Source of the DNA: Pachysolen tannophilus NRRL Y-2460
Taxonomy: Eukaryota
DNA: 64,000 nt
NCBI GenBank assembly: GCA_001661245.1
Contig: KV454013.1
Coordinates: forward strand, 1,582,502 to 1,646,501
Reading direction: 5' to 3'
Position numbers and translations under genes: made by a program. Every line of letters begins with the position of its first letter. The first letter of the stretch is position 1. Under the pieces are notes generated by a model that was not told where the DNA came from, did no database searches, and saw only the letters and a list, made by a program, of their open reading frames with translations. Below are positions 40,912-52,917 of the stretch, in pieces.

Positions 40912-42918
40912 TTAACGATTTCTCTTGGATTCATCATTACTGCCGGATCTGGGATTCTGTTTTTCAGTAATGGACCCGTTGGGAGATCTAATCGACGATG
41001 AACGGTTTTCACCTTGAGGCAAAAACGATTGTGACCATGATGATGAAAAACTTTGTAGACCAGAACTAGTTGCAGATCCAAAAGAAGTAGGGGCACCAAA
41101 TACTCGATCGCTTAAATATGCTAACAGCATTAAATTGTTATTAAGATGTGAACCTAATGAGCCACCTCGACGACGTAACAATTGTTGTTCTTGTTCTTCT
41201 GAAGAAAAAGATGCTGATTCTGTCCAAAATTTCATCATTTCCCTAACTGGTTCTTCGTATAATCCTTCCTTAACAGTAGTTCCAATTTTGGAAACATCTG
41301 ATTTTAAAATTTGAGTAAAATCATCAACATCACTGAACAAACTTTGACAAGTTTCTTTTAAAGAAGAAGATTCTCTTGTAGTTTCTAATAAATTTTCAAT
41401 TTTCAATTTAATCTTATTCTTGAATTCTTCAGTCTTTTCATTAATCTTAGAAACTTGGTTTTCAACAGCAGAATCCAAATTGTTCATTAGATCTGCAGCA
41501 TTTGCTGGGGTGTTACCAATCTCACCACTGACAATACTACTATCACCAATTGAAGTTCTTCCAAATCCTGTTCTTGGGAAGTTTCCGAAACTGACATTCC
41601 CTGGAAAACCAACCCCAACCCCAGCTCCAGAACTTGCTGATTGTTGTTGTTGCTGCAGTTGTTGTTGCAGTTGTTGCTGTTGCTGGAGTTGTTGATGCGG
41701 CTCTGTCCTCTGTGGTGATAATGGCTCTGCCAAAATATTTTCAAATGCCATTGGATCCGAAGCCCTTCTTTTTGAGAATTTTCTAGAAGGTTTCCGAATA
41801 ACTTGAGTCTCATCTGGAGAAAAGTTAACAGCATTATTACCAACACCACCACCAGCGCTTGAACTAGTTTCGCCACTAGCAAGGAATGCCATCGGAGCAC
41901 TAGACATTGTAGGAGAAAGTTCTGAACCACTTAAATCACCTCCTATTTCACTTTTTCTTCTTTTATTTTGAGAAATTTGTTCCCTATCATCACTATTATT
42001 ACTTTCACCACCACTGATACTATTGAGATTACTATTACTGTTACTATTACTATTACTTGAATTTCTTTCAACTTCTAATTCATTTTCACTATTGGAAGTA
42101 ATTTGATTTTGAAATTTAATTTCTTTCATAACTTCCATTACTTGAACATTTCCAACATCTGTAGCTCTCAGTGCACTTGGAGAAGCTTCTAAAGTGATTG
42201 TACTATCTCCACTTTTAGAAGAAGGACTTATTCTAACATCTTCATATAAATGTTGAACAGATTCTTCATTATTAATAAAACTTTCATTTAATGACAATTT
42301 ATAACCATCTTCTAAGGATAAAACTTGAAGAATTTTTAAATATAACATTTCTAATTCTTGTAAATGAGATTTTTCCAGTTTTTCCATTGCGGCAGCCAAT
42401 GATGCGATATTATTAGAATTAGAAATATTTGTATTATACAGTTCAACAAAGATTCTTGCCTTATTATACAAGACATAAAATCTTTCACGGCATTGTCTAT
42501 GATTTCTTGGTGGTTCTTCATTATTATTATAAGTTTCTAAAGTATTTGCAATGAAAACCCAAAATTTTTTCAATGGTCTTAATTCTTTTATTTTAATAAA
42601 AGTATTTAATATAACTTTTAATAATAATCTATCTTCAAAATCTGACCAATTTTTCCTTGGTATTTTTGATTTAACTTCCAGTGATGACAAAATCATTTTT
42701 TGAGCTGGATCAACAATTGAAGATGATCCTGCTGCTGCTACTGCTGATGAAGATCCTGCTGCCGATGCCGATGCCGATGCTGATGCTGACAACGACAATG
42801 ACGGTAACGACGGTAAAGACGATGACGAAGACGACGACTTGGTTCTTGGTTTTGGTCTTGTCATTTTCTTTTCATCATCTTGACCTCCTCCTAAATTTTT
42901 CCTATATTTATTGCTCAT
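40912..42918 (-). CDS. Putative Myb/SANT-like (trihelix) DNA-binding protein
   Basis: 668 aa; RKNWSDFEDRLLL...KKFWVFIA...PRNHRQCRERFYVL; S/N/Q-rich regions; coiled-coil-like C-terminal segment. Confidence 0.7.
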   Translation of the reverse strand: MSNKYRKNLGGGQDDEKKMTRPKPRTKSSSSSSSLPSLPSLSLSASASASASAAGSSSAVAAAGSSSIVDPAQKMILSSLEVKSKIPRKNWSDFEDRLLLKVILNTFIKIKELRPLKKFWVFIANTLETYNNNEEPPRNHRQCRERFYVLYNKARIFVELYNTNISNSNNIASLAAAMEKLEKSHLQELEMLYLKILQVLSLEDGYKLSLNESFINNEESVQHLYEDVRISPSSKSGDSTITLEASPSALRATDVGNVQVMEVMKEIKFQNQITSNSENELEVERNSSNSNSNSNSNLNSISGGESNNSDDREQISQNKRRKSEIGGDLSGSELSPTMSSAPMAFLASGETSSSAGGGVGNNAVNFSPDETQVIRKPSRKFSKRRASDPMAFENILAEPLSPQRTEPHQQLQQQQQLQQQLQQQQQSASSGAGVGVGFPGNVSFGNFPRTGFGRTSIGDSSIVSGEIGNTPANAADLMNNLDSAVENQVSKINEKTEEFKNKIKLKIENLLETTRESSSLKETCQSLFSDVDDFTQILKSDVSKIGTTVKEGLYEEPVREMMKFWTESASFSSEEQEQQLLRRRGGSLGSHLNNNLMLLAYLSDRVFGAPTSFGSATSSGLQSFSSSWSQSFLPQGENRSSSIRSPNGSITEKQNPRSGSNDESKRNR

Positions 42919-43053
42919 TTATCTTTAACTTACTTTATTGTGATTGAGAAACAACACAACATTTGTACTCAATACAGTGAATTAAATCACTTTTTTTAGA
43001 TTTTCACTGGAATAATAATGATATTTGAAGGAATGAAAGAAAGAAAAAAGAAA

Positions 43054-43107
<54 letters not shown>

Positions 43108-44510
43108 NNNNNNNNNNNNNNNNNNNNNNNNNNNNNNNNNNNNNNNNNNNNNNNNNNNNNNNNNNNNNNNNNNNNNNNNNNNNNNNNNNNNNNNNNNNNN
43201 NNNNNNNNNNNNNNNNNNNNNNNNNNNNNNNNNNNNNNNNNNNNNNNNNNNNNNNNNNNNNNNNNNNNNNNNNNNNNNNNNNNNNNNNNNNNNNNNNNNN
43301 NNNNNNNNNNNNNNNNNNNNNNNNNNNNNNNNNNNNNNNNNNNNNNNNNNNNNNNNNNNNNNNNNNNNNNNNNNNNNNNNNNNNATGTGACAAGATTACG
43401 AATGGTAATGAAGAGATCCCTGATTTTACAGTCACCGATTACGTTCATGCAAAAAGGAAAGAAGAAAAAGAAAAAACCCATTAACGGAAAATGGAATGCT
43501 CTTTGAATTACAACTGACCTTAAGAGTTAAAAGATGAAAAGATAAAATATATATTTTCTGGAAAATTCTGGGTTATTCTATTTTTTAGGAAAAGTGGATA
43601 CACCAAAAAAAAAAAAAAAATAGAAGTAAGTTTTGAAAAGGTTAAAAATAAATAATAAATAATAAAAAAATATTTGACGGTTATTTTTTTATTTTTTACA
43701 CCAAAATCTATAAGTTTAAATGATCTTAAATCGTGATCTCATATCGCAGAAAAAAAGTGACCGAGGAAAAACTTGTAAAACTTGTAAAACTTTAAAGAAT
43801 TAAAGAAATCAATAAATTAACTTTATCATATAAATATATCTAATGATATCTTTCTTTATTATAAAAGTTTATTGTTCTGGAAAATAAGTAACGAGATGCT
43901 TTGGAAAAAAAAAGAAAAAAAAAATAATGCACACGCAAGCCTATTGTTAACTAAAAAATATGTATGTTAGCGTATGTATGTGCGTGATGTATTTTTCAAC
44001 TTTTTGAATAAAGAGGAAAAAGAATAAATTTTTACTTTACTTTGGATAAAAGTGCCCTAGTTTAATTAGTTATTTATGCCCAAAAAAAATTTCTTGAATT
44101 CCTGGATAAATTTTCTTGGCTACAGGAGGACATTGACGGCTAATGACTTTCACAACAAAAATAAAAAAAAAATATACAAAAAAAAAAATTACTCACTATA
44201 ATATCAACGCGTGACACTTGCCGGAATGACACCGTCTGACTCTAACTATAACTTTAACTATAACTATAACTATAATTATAATAGTTGTGACTGACACTGA
44301 ATGACATTAATACCAATAGTAATAGTAATAGTAAGATATAATGTGGCATATTTCTGCAGGTCATAATAATGTCCTCGCAGTGTGATCGCAATCTTTCTAT
44401 TAGCTGCGGACCTCGGCTCGGGTTACCGTACGGAAATAAAAGAAATAAAAAGAATAAAATGAAAAAAAAAAAAATCACTACGTCATTACAATCATTACAA
44501 TCATTTAATC

Positions 44511-44548
44511 ACCGTGTTTTTGAAAAGATATCTTTTCAAAAACACGGT
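44511..44548. repeat. Perfect 38-bp palindrome
   Basis: accgtgtttttgaaaagat|atcttttcaaaaacacggt. Confidence 0.95.
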
Positions 44549-44925
44549 AAATTGAAATGACAGATTTACCAAAGAAAAAAAAAAGAAAACAGAAACAGAA
44601 ACTAAATGTTGTCGTGCTCTGAGTTCCCATTATATGTTTTAGGAACAATGTGGTTTAAATCCACGATCTATTTTTCTTTAAAATAAACCAAAACGAGGGC
44701 TGTTTTATTAGGCTTCTGTTTAACGTGCAAATAATTAAAGTTCTGCCATTTCGGGAATTTTTGCGAGAAAAAAAAAAAAAATTTCATTCAAAAACAATTC
44801 AATGAAAATATCAATTTTTTTTTCCTTTCCCTTTCACAATTTTATTATTTATATATTTATATATATATATAATTATTATTTATTATCTTTTTTTAAGTAT
44901 AGTTTAATTCAATCAATCAATTGCA

Positions 44926-45381
44926 ATGTCGGACGAAAGAACTTTTATTATGATCAAGCCAGATGGTGTTCTGAGAGGCTTGATCTCATCAATCTTGGGT
45001 AGATTTGAACAAAGAGGTTTTAAATTAGTTGCTATTAAATTAGCTAAACCAACTGATTCATTGTTAAAAGAACATTATAGTGATTTACAAACTAAACCTT
45101 TTTTCCCTTCATTATTGACCTACATGACTTCTGGTCCAGTCTTGGCCACTGTCTGGGAAGGTAAGGATGTTGTTAAGCAAGGTAGAGTTATCTTGGGTGC
45201 TACTAATCCTTTACTGTCTGCTCCAGGTACTATTAGAGGTGATTATGCTCTTGATGTTGGTAGAAACGTTTGTCATGGTTCAGATTCTGTTGAATCAGCA
45301 AAGAAGGAAATCGATTTATGGTTTAAAAAAGAAGAATTGATTGATTATAAATCTTCCTTATTTAGTTGGATTTACGAGTAA
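44926..45381 (+). CDS. YNK1: Nucleoside diphosphate kinase
   Basis: [28 protein letters not shown]. Confidence 0.97.
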   Translation: MSDERTFIMIKPDGVLRGLISSILGRFEQRGFKLVAIKLAKPTDSLLKEHYSDLQTKPFFPSLLTYMTSGPVLATVWEGKDVVKQGRVILGATNPLLSAPGTIRGDYALDVGRNVCHGSDSVESAKKEIDLWFKKEELIDYKSSLFSWIYE

Positions 45382-45788
45382 AAAAGTTTTAAAAAAACAG
45401 AATAAAACTTTTACGCCTTTTTTTTTTTGGCCTTTATTTCAATAATTGTCATTCAACATTATAGATTTAATACATATTCCTCCTTTTTACTTTACTTTTA
45501 CTTTTAAATCAAGTAGTTTTGTTTTGTAACTCTTTCAACTTTTCAAAAGTTTGGATCTTTCTATTCAAAAGCCCTCAAAAATTTTTCTCTTTTCATGTTT
45601 AAAATGTCCAACGAAAAATTGGTGAAAAAAAAAAAGAAAAAGAAAAAGAACCAAAAAAACTCATTTCCTCAGAAAATTTATATATATATAAATATATATA
45701 TAATACTGTTGTTTGGATTTAAATAGTATTGATCATCTTTAGAAAAGATATTACGGATTCCGTATATATTTGTAGATATCAAGACAAG

Positions 45789-47869
45789 ATGGTGGTTACT
45801 CAATTTTATTGTATGTATTAAAAAGTATTATTAAAAAAAGAAATAAAAGTTAAAAATTTTAAAAATTTAAATTTATATGTATACTAATATTTATTGTTAA
45901 TTTAGGTCGTCAACCAAAATCATTGGAACTTATAGAAGGACCTGTGCTGTTTGGGCAAGTTCAAGATTTTACTAGGCCTTCATTTGATTGTAAAAATTCT
46001 TGTTATTCTTCAAATGGGAAAGTACTTGCGTATACTCAACCAAAAAGTGTTGTATTGGTAAATCCAGAAAATGGTAAAACAATAGCAATATTACCAGTTG
46101 AAGAAGTATTTGATTTGCATTTTTCTCCATTGGGGAAGTATTTATGTACTTGGTCTAAACCAATTTGTTTAAATAAAGAAAGTGGTATTTGGAATAATAA
46201 TGTTAAAATTTGGGAAATTTTAAAATTTGAAGGTAATGGTGATATTGGTGATGATAATAATGTAGAAATGATTGGAGAATTTAGTAATAAAAACCAAGCT
46301 GGTTGGAAACCTCAATTTACCGCTGATGAATCATTAATGTCAAAAACAATAAATCAACATGAAATTCAATTTTTTCAAACAAAGAAAAAATCAACTATAA
46401 ATTTTATATTAGAAAAACCTTTTGCAATTTTAAATTCAAAAGAATTTGGTAAAATTCAAAATTTTGCAATTTCACCAGGTAAAAATCCTTCAATTGCAAT
46501 TTTTATTCCTGAAAATAATGGGAAACCTGCTTCAATTAAAGTTTATAATATTCCAAATTTTAATCAACCAGTTTCACAAAAACAATTTTTTAAAGCTGAA
46601 AAATGTCAATTTAAATGGAATTCATTAGGTACTTCATTATTAGCATTGGTCTCTACAGATGTAGATCAATCAAATAAATCTTATTATGGAGAAACAACTT
46701 TATATTTATTAGGAATTATTGGTTCATTTGATCAAAGAATTAATTTGGATAAAGAAGGTCCAATTCATGATATTACATGGTCACCTTCATCAAGAGAATT
46801 TGCTGTAAGTTATGGTTATATGCCTGCACTGACTACATTTTTCGATGCAAGAGGTAATTCAATATATTCTTTACCACCTGCTCCAAGAAATACAATATTA
46901 TTTTCTCCTCATCTGAAATTTGTTCTTGTTGCTGGTTTTGGTAATTTACAAGGAACAGTGGATATTTATGATAGACAAAATAAATTTCTGAAAATTACTT
47001 CTTTTGAAGCTAGTAATACATCTGTTTGTCTGTGGTCACCAGATGGAAGGTATATTTTAACTGCAACAACTTCTCCTCGTTTAAGAGTTGATAATTGTGC
47101 TAAAATTTGGCATGCAAGTGGTGTATTATTATACTATAAACCTTATCAAGAATTATTTGGTGTAAGTTGGAGACCTCAAGATTTATCACTTTTCCCACCT
47201 TTAAAAAAATTAGAAGATCCTCTACCACAACACGAATCAGCTATAGAATTTTTAGCAAAAAGAAAATCAAAATCTTCAACTTCATCAGGAAGTTCAGAAA
47301 AAAAATCAACAGGTGCATATAGACCACCACATGCAAGAAATGGTGCAAATGGTGGGAGCAATAATAATTCTTCAACTTCATTATATGAAAGAGAGATGAA
47401 ATCAAATGGTTCATTGGCTACAGCAAGAACTGTTCCTGGCGCTACACCGGTTGGAACTGAAGCTTCAGAATCAAAATCAGCTTCCAAAAATAGAAAGAGA
47501 AAGCAAAAAAAAGAGCTTCTGCAAAAAGAAGCTTTAACTTCCTCATCTCCTTCCCCTGCAGCAGCTGCTGCTTTGACAGATGCCATTATCACGCCTTCTT
47601 CAACTCCAGGTGCTGCAACAGCGGCAGCAACCGTTTCTACTTCTAATAGTACAAATAACAGCAACAATGATAGTAATAATTTGGTGTACGGCGGTGTTCA
47701 GTCAATGGAGGAGAAAAAAATTAGATCTTTGTTGAAAAAACTTAGAGCTATTGAGAATTTAAAAGAGAAACAAGCAATTGGTGAACCTTTGGAAGAAACA
47801 CAGATTTTAAAGATTCAAACAGAGGATAAGGTCAAATCGGAATTAGAAAAATTAGGCTATAAGTGTTGA
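45789..47869 (+). CDS. Translation initiation factor eIF2A (YGR054W orthologue): exon 1 45789-45810, exon 2 45906-47869
   Basis: Spliced start MVVTQFYCRQPKSLEL; KSYYGET, AGFGNL, TSPRLRVDN, AYRPPHAR, KKIRSLLKKLRAIE. Confidence 0.93.
45811..45905 (+). other. Spliceosomal intron in eIF2A gene
   Basis: GTATGT at 45811, TACTAAT at 45882, TTTAG ending 45905; joins ATG 45789 in frame to an ORF that the track starts at TTG. Confidence 0.9.
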
Positions 47870-48139
47870 TTTTCGTTTTTGTTTTTACATTTTCATTTTG
47901 GTTTTAATTTTTGTTAATTGTATTTTCACCATTATCTTTTATATATATCTATTTCCATCATTATATTTAAACTACTACTTTATTTACTGAATTTTTGAAA
48001 AACTCATTGTTATTTTGCATAATTGGTTTTTTTGTTTTTGATTTTATTCAAATATATATTATTTGGAAAAGCTTTAAATTTATTCTAACTTTTATGCAAA
48101 ATGATTTATAAATAAATGAATAATAGTTGGTCTAAAAAA

Positions 48140-49153
48140 TTAACTTTTAAATTCTTCAAAATCAATATGACCAGTCTCGCTAGCATGTTTTGTTGCATTT
48201 CTTTCACCTACTAATACTGATTTACAATCTTTACAATATAACTTGAACTTGTTGGTATTAGTATAATAACCGCGATTATTTAAAACTTGTACCAAATGAT
48301 CTAAATTCTTCAAGACTTGTAATGACAACTGATGTTGTTTATCAAAAACTCTAACTTCGTTATCAGTATTGTCCAAGTAAATGCACTGATCATCTTCAAC
48401 TGCTATTTTCTTGTACACAATTGAATCATAATGAATCCCACTGTAACATATAATGATAAAATTAGAAGCAGTCTCATTAAACTTTAAGATAGCTTTTGAT
48501 TCAATATCAATAGTCAAGATCTCCACATTTAAATATTCTGCCAAGATCCCCAATTCGATTGCACCTCCCCAATGTTTTGAATCCAAGATCCATTGAGAAT
48601 AATCCAAGATTGATTTCCCCAAAATCGATTCGTCATATAAATTGTCCTTATTGGATAAGATTGCACTGCTCACAATTTGTCTTAATTGTAACTGAGTATC
48701 GTCTTGTTCAATTGACGAAGGACCATAACAAGAATAAGATATAGAATTGAATAAACAACTATTATCCTCTGCAATCTTACGTACTAACAAATAACCCTCT
48801 GAAAGTGTAATAAATGGAATTTCAGATGGATTTACAATTATTGGCTCAACAGATTCATCAATCCCAACAGTACGTGACGCCACTGTTCCTATTTCTGTTT
48901 CCACCAGAGTCATTGCTGAACTATAGTCTATTATCAATGTCTCACCACTTCTTATACCCAAATCTTTGAGTCCCAGTTGTTCATTACCAACAATCGTTAT
49001 TTGTCTTGGTGGAAATCCAAATTTAATTATTATCTCCTTATCTTGAACCTGTGTTATCCCATTAATATCAATGATTAACTGATCTAAAGTACAATTATCA
49101 TCCACACTAATCACAGTAGATGTTCCATCCTTAAATCTAACCTTCAATCTCAT
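48140..49153 (-). CDS. OTU1: OTU-family deubiquitinase
   Basis: N-terminal UBX-like domain (GFPP), DNSCLF, WGGAIEL, SGIHYD, C-terminal C2H2 zinc finger. Confidence 0.93.
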   Translation of the reverse strand: MRLKVRFKDGTSTVISVDDNCTLDQLIIDINGITQVQDKEIIIKFGFPPRQITIVGNEQLGLKDLGIRSGETLIIDYSSAMTLVETEIGTVASRTVGIDESVEPIIVNPSEIPFITLSEGYLLVRKIAEDNSCLFNSISYSCYGPSSIEQDDTQLQLRQIVSSAILSNKDNLYDESILGKSILDYSQWILDSKHWGGAIELGILAEYLNVEILTIDIESKAILKFNETASNFIIICYSGIHYDSIVYKKIAVEDDQCIYLDNTDNEVRVFDKQHQLSLQVLKNLDHLVQVLNNRGYYTNTNKFKLYCKDCKSVLVGERNATKHASETGHIDFEEFKS

Positions 49154-49331
49154 CGTAGCTTATTAAATCAACTATCAATATTTGATTTATTATTAATTAT
49201 TAAATATGATGATAATTTATATAAAAATGATACACAAAAATAGTGTTAAAAAAAGAAAAATAAAGGTTAACATTAATAATATTAATAATAATTATAATTA
49301 ATACATTGATAATTAATACTATGAGCATAGA

Positions 49332-50771
49332 ATGGAATCAGTTCCACCGTCGGCAAAAGACCTTTCACAGGAGGCAACAACGTATTTTTACTCATCTACT
49401 ATTCCTTTAAAGAATTGGTTAAGATCATCGCAGATTCTTTTAAATCATTCGAATTCATTTTTAAAGAACAAGTATTATCGGGATGCGTACAAGTTATATT
49501 TACGGTTTTTAGATCTTATCATTAATAAGCTTTCGAAACATCCTCAAGTGAGTAAGTTTAAGAAGTCTCAGGTTAAAGGGGAGCAAGAGATCTATAGAGA
49601 GTATCAAAATTTGTGCCTGAGATTGGATGGTGTTTTTGAAGAAACTGAATTGTTGAAAAAATTATTAGATGAGAGTTATGAAAAATATCAAGAACAAGTG
49701 AGAGCCTATAAAAAGCAGAGGGAAGATCAAGAGAGAAGGTTTTTGGAACAGCAAAAGTTGTATAATGTTTCCAATAAGAATAAACATTTAGACTCAAATG
49801 TTACCGTTGTACCTATTGATGAGGAAAAATTATATGAAAGTATTAGAAGATTTTCTTTTAAAGATGATGATCATCAAGTTGGTGGACCTAAAATATCGAA
49901 TACCAGCATTAAAAGTAATGGTGAATTGTTGAAAGATATTTCATATCCAGATATACAATCGATAACAGCTGCTAAAGTGGATGAAAAGAAGAAACAATTG
50001 GATAATACTTTTCTCTATGATATACCTCCGCAATTACCTACAAAACAGAAATTAGATGATGAACAACAACAACAACAACAACCATGGCAGAAGATTACCC
50101 CTGAGAGTCCCCAGGCTCCTCTAGTTCCTCAGATTCCTCAGGGGAAACAATTAGATGGTGGTGAAATACAACATCGAACCGATAACAAGACAGAAGCTGG
50201 AGTTCCATTACGAACGGTTTTCGTACCTTTTGATTTAAAACAAAAATTTTTAGACATTGCACAAGAAAATACAATTCAAGAATTAGAAACATGCGGTATA
50301 TTAGCAGGTAAACTTTCTAGAAATGCATTTTTCATTACAACTTTAATAATACCACGGCAAATATCTACTCGTGATACATGTGAAACTTTAGATGAGGAGA
50401 AACTTTTTGAGATTACTGATGAAAAGGGGTTATTTGTATTGGGATGGATTCATACTCATCCTACACAATCATGTTTTTTATCATCAGTAGATTTACATAC
50501 TCAAAATTCATATCAAATCATGTTAAATGAAGCAATAGCTATAGTTTTATCTCCACATCCTAAATTTTCATATGAAGATTTTGGTTGTTTTAGACTTACT
50601 GATCCTCCAGGATTACCAATTATAACTGCTTGTAACAAAAATGGGTTTCATCCTCATAATGAAAAAAATCTTTATGTTACATGTAATCGAATTAATGGGG
50701 ATATAAATATGGGACACGTTGTAATTAGGAATGGTTTACCATTTGAAGTTATCGATACTAGAAAAAGTTAA
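49332..50771 (+). CDS. AMSH/STAMBP-like JAMM deubiquitinase (syntenic with RFU1)
   Basis: N-terminal MIT/USP8-dimer-like helices; ETCGIL, GWIHTHPTQSCFLSSVDLHTQ, FHPH. Confidence 0.92.
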   Translation: MESVPPSAKDLSQEATTYFYSSTIPLKNWLRSSQILLNHSNSFLKNKYYRDAYKLYLRFLDLIINKLSKHPQVSKFKKSQVKGEQEIYREYQNLCLRLDGVFEETELLKKLLDESYEKYQEQVRAYKKQREDQERRFLEQQKLYNVSNKNKHLDSNVTVVPIDEEKLYESIRRFSFKDDDHQVGGPKISNTSIKSNGELLKDISYPDIQSITAAKVDEKKKQLDNTFLYDIPPQLPTKQKLDDEQQQQQQPWQKITPESPQAPLVPQIPQGKQLDGGEIQHRTDNKTEAGVPLRTVFVPFDLKQKFLDIAQENTIQELETCGILAGKLSRNAFFITTLIIPRQISTRDTCETLDEEKLFEITDEKGLFVLGWIHTHPTQSCFLSSVDLHTQNSYQIMLNEAIAIVLSPHPKFSYEDFGCFRLTDPPGLPIITACNKNGFHPHNEKNLYVTCNRINGDINMGHVVIRNGLPFEVIDTRKS

Positions 50772-50856
50772 TCATAATATAATACTTTTTTTGTTTAATT
50801 TTAAACTATATATATATAAAAAACAAAACACAAACATCCTTTATTAAGAACCCTTA

Positions 50857-51378
50857 TTATACCATTTCAATTTCTCCATCCATCTTTTTAGTAGTATTTC
50901 CATCCAATAATTCTTCCAGTTGTTGTTCTTTAAGTTCAAGTTCAACTTCAACCAGTTGAGTCAGTTTCAATTCATCTCTTAATTTATATTCTTGAATTTG
51001 TTTATCTCCTAATAAATCAGTTTCTAAAAATTTTCTTTTTTCATTTTCATTTTTATATTTTTCAACACTTTTCATAAATTTTAATAAATCTACAGACAGA
51101 GCAGCATTTGATTCATCTTGAGTATAAGGTCTTTCAGATAATTCTTTTGCTCTTCTCTTATGAATTTTCCCCTTTAAATGTGTTATTAAAGCAATATTAG
51201 TTTCAAAATATTTTGCACAATGTATACAATAATATTGTCCTAAACCAGGTTTAGTCTCATCAAGAGGTTGATTCTTTAATTTTTCAATAGATTCCTTTGA
51301 TGAAAGATCCTTAAAAATAAGATCCAAATCTCTAGTTCTTCTCTTGGTCTTATACCTCTTTACCGAATACCTTCCCAT
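50857..51378 (-). CDS. BUD20: C2H2 zinc-finger 60S biogenesis factor
   Basis: MGRYSVKRYKTKRRTRDLD, PGLGQYYCIHCAKYF, HLKGKIHKRR. Confidence 0.96.
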   Translation of the reverse strand: MGRYSVKRYKTKRRTRDLDLIFKDLSSKESIEKLKNQPLDETKPGLGQYYCIHCAKYFETNIALITHLKGKIHKRRAKELSERPYTQDESNAALSVDLLKFMKSVEKYKNENEKRKFLETDLLGDKQIQEYKLRDELKLTQLVEVELELKEQQLEELLDGNTTKKMDGEIEMV

Positions 51379-51640
51379 CTCCTATATAAAAATATCCACC
51401 AAACTAAATCCACAAAACTAATTTTCCTTGATTGATTCCTTAAATAGTTATTTTATATATATATTATATATATTATAATCTATTGATAAGATCAATACAA
51501 AAAAATTTTCGTTAAACAGAGGTACTATTTATTCTATTACTACCGCAATACAAATTTTAATTAATTTTTGTTAAGTGATAATCAGCCACAGACAAAAAAA
51601 GAAAAAAAAAATTTTTTTTTTTCTTTTTAGCTTCATCTCC

Positions 51641-52024
51641 TTCCTAATCGGGAAGTGTACTTGTGGCTAGTCTTAAAAGTGCTAAAACAAGGTTCCCCAA
51701 TCGGGGAATTCAGTAGATTATACCAGATACCATGTGGCTCAGAAACAATAAAAAAATTTTAAAAATTAAAAAGAAAAGAAAAATTTGAAGAAACACAGAA
51801 ACCGCCCCTATTTTAGTTTTTTTTCTTTTTTTTTCTTTAATTGACCCGTGCACAACTTGGCAGTTTTTTTTTTATTTTTTTTATATTCTTTTTTAGGAAA
51901 CTTCCGGTTTAGGACCTTTGGTGGTAAGCACCACGACCTTTATGGTTTTCATTTTTTTCTTTATTTTTTCTATTTTTTTCGCAGTCACAAAACTCCATGC
52001 CAGTTGGGTTACCCAATCAGGAAA
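51641..52024. promoter_or_regulatory. Mcm1/CArG-like sites in the BUD20-RPL10 divergent promoter
   Basis: ttcctaatcgggaa 51641, ttccccaatcggggaa 51693, ttccggtttagga 51902, ttacccaatcaggaaa 52009. Confidence 0.65.
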
Positions 52025-52615
52025 TATATTTGGGTTTTCTAAACCCCAAAAACAAAAGATACTGTGGTAGTGTGCGCCAAACACAAAAAAAGATGAAAAA
52101 AAAAAAAAAAAAAAAAAAATTTTNNNNNNNNNNNNNNNNNNNNNNNNNNNNNNNNNNNNNNNNNNNNNNNNNNNNNNNNNNNNNNNNNNNNNNNNNNNNN
52201 NNNNNNNNNNNNNNNNNNNNNNNNNNNNNNNNNNNNNNNNNNNNNNNNNNNNNNNNNNNNNNNNNNNNNNNNNNNNNNNNNNNNNNNNNNNNNNNNNNNN
52301 NNNNNNNNNNNNNNNNNNNNNNNNNNNNNNNNNNNNNNNNNNNNNNNNNNNNNNNNNNNNNNNNNNNNNNNNNNNNNNNNNNNNNNNNNNNNNNNNNNNN
52401 NNNNNNNNNNNNNNNNNNNNNNNNNNNNNNNNNNNNNNNNNNNNNNNNNNNNNNNNNNNNNNNNNNNNNNNNNNNNNNNNNNNNNNNNNNNNNNNNNNNN
52501 NNNNNNNNNNNNNNNNNNNNNNNNNNNNNNNNNNNNNNNNNNNNNNNNNNNNNNNTTATTATTAATTTATTTTTTTTTTTTTTTTAAAATATTGGTAAAG
52601 CTAGTTGCTGAAAAG

Positions 52616-52917
52616 GTATGTTAATTTAAATCATTTGAAAGAATATTTATATCGAGAAGAAGAAGAAGAAGAAGAAGTGATGGATTAAAATGTTTTTTTT
52701 TATTTTTAATGTTTGATTCAAATTGTGTTTAGTTATTAAAGTATTTTGGAGAAGAGAGAAAAAATTTTTTTTTTTTTTGCATTTTCTCTATGAAATTATG
52801 ATTAGTAATAAGAAGAATAGTTAAATACACTGTTGAATTCTTTTCGATATAATATATATATATATAAATATATATTTACTATTTATTTTCATTACTAACT
52901 TTTTTGAATTTATTTAG
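52616..52917 (+). other. RPL10: Probable 5'-UTR intron of RPL10
   Basis: GTATGT at 52616, TACTAAC at 52893, TAG ending 52917 (alternative 52923), ATG at 52930. Confidence 0.85.

Larger units (their letters stand above)
18201..52555. other. Assembly gaps: 18201-18694, 29165-29237, 36639-37009, 40194-40788, 43108-43384, 52124-52555
   Basis: Runs of N, mostly next to poly-A/T tracts. Confidence 0.99.

Noticed and set aside
36562..52587. ORF-track entries spanning N-gaps
   Set aside because: Artefacts of runs of N and flanking poly-A/T.
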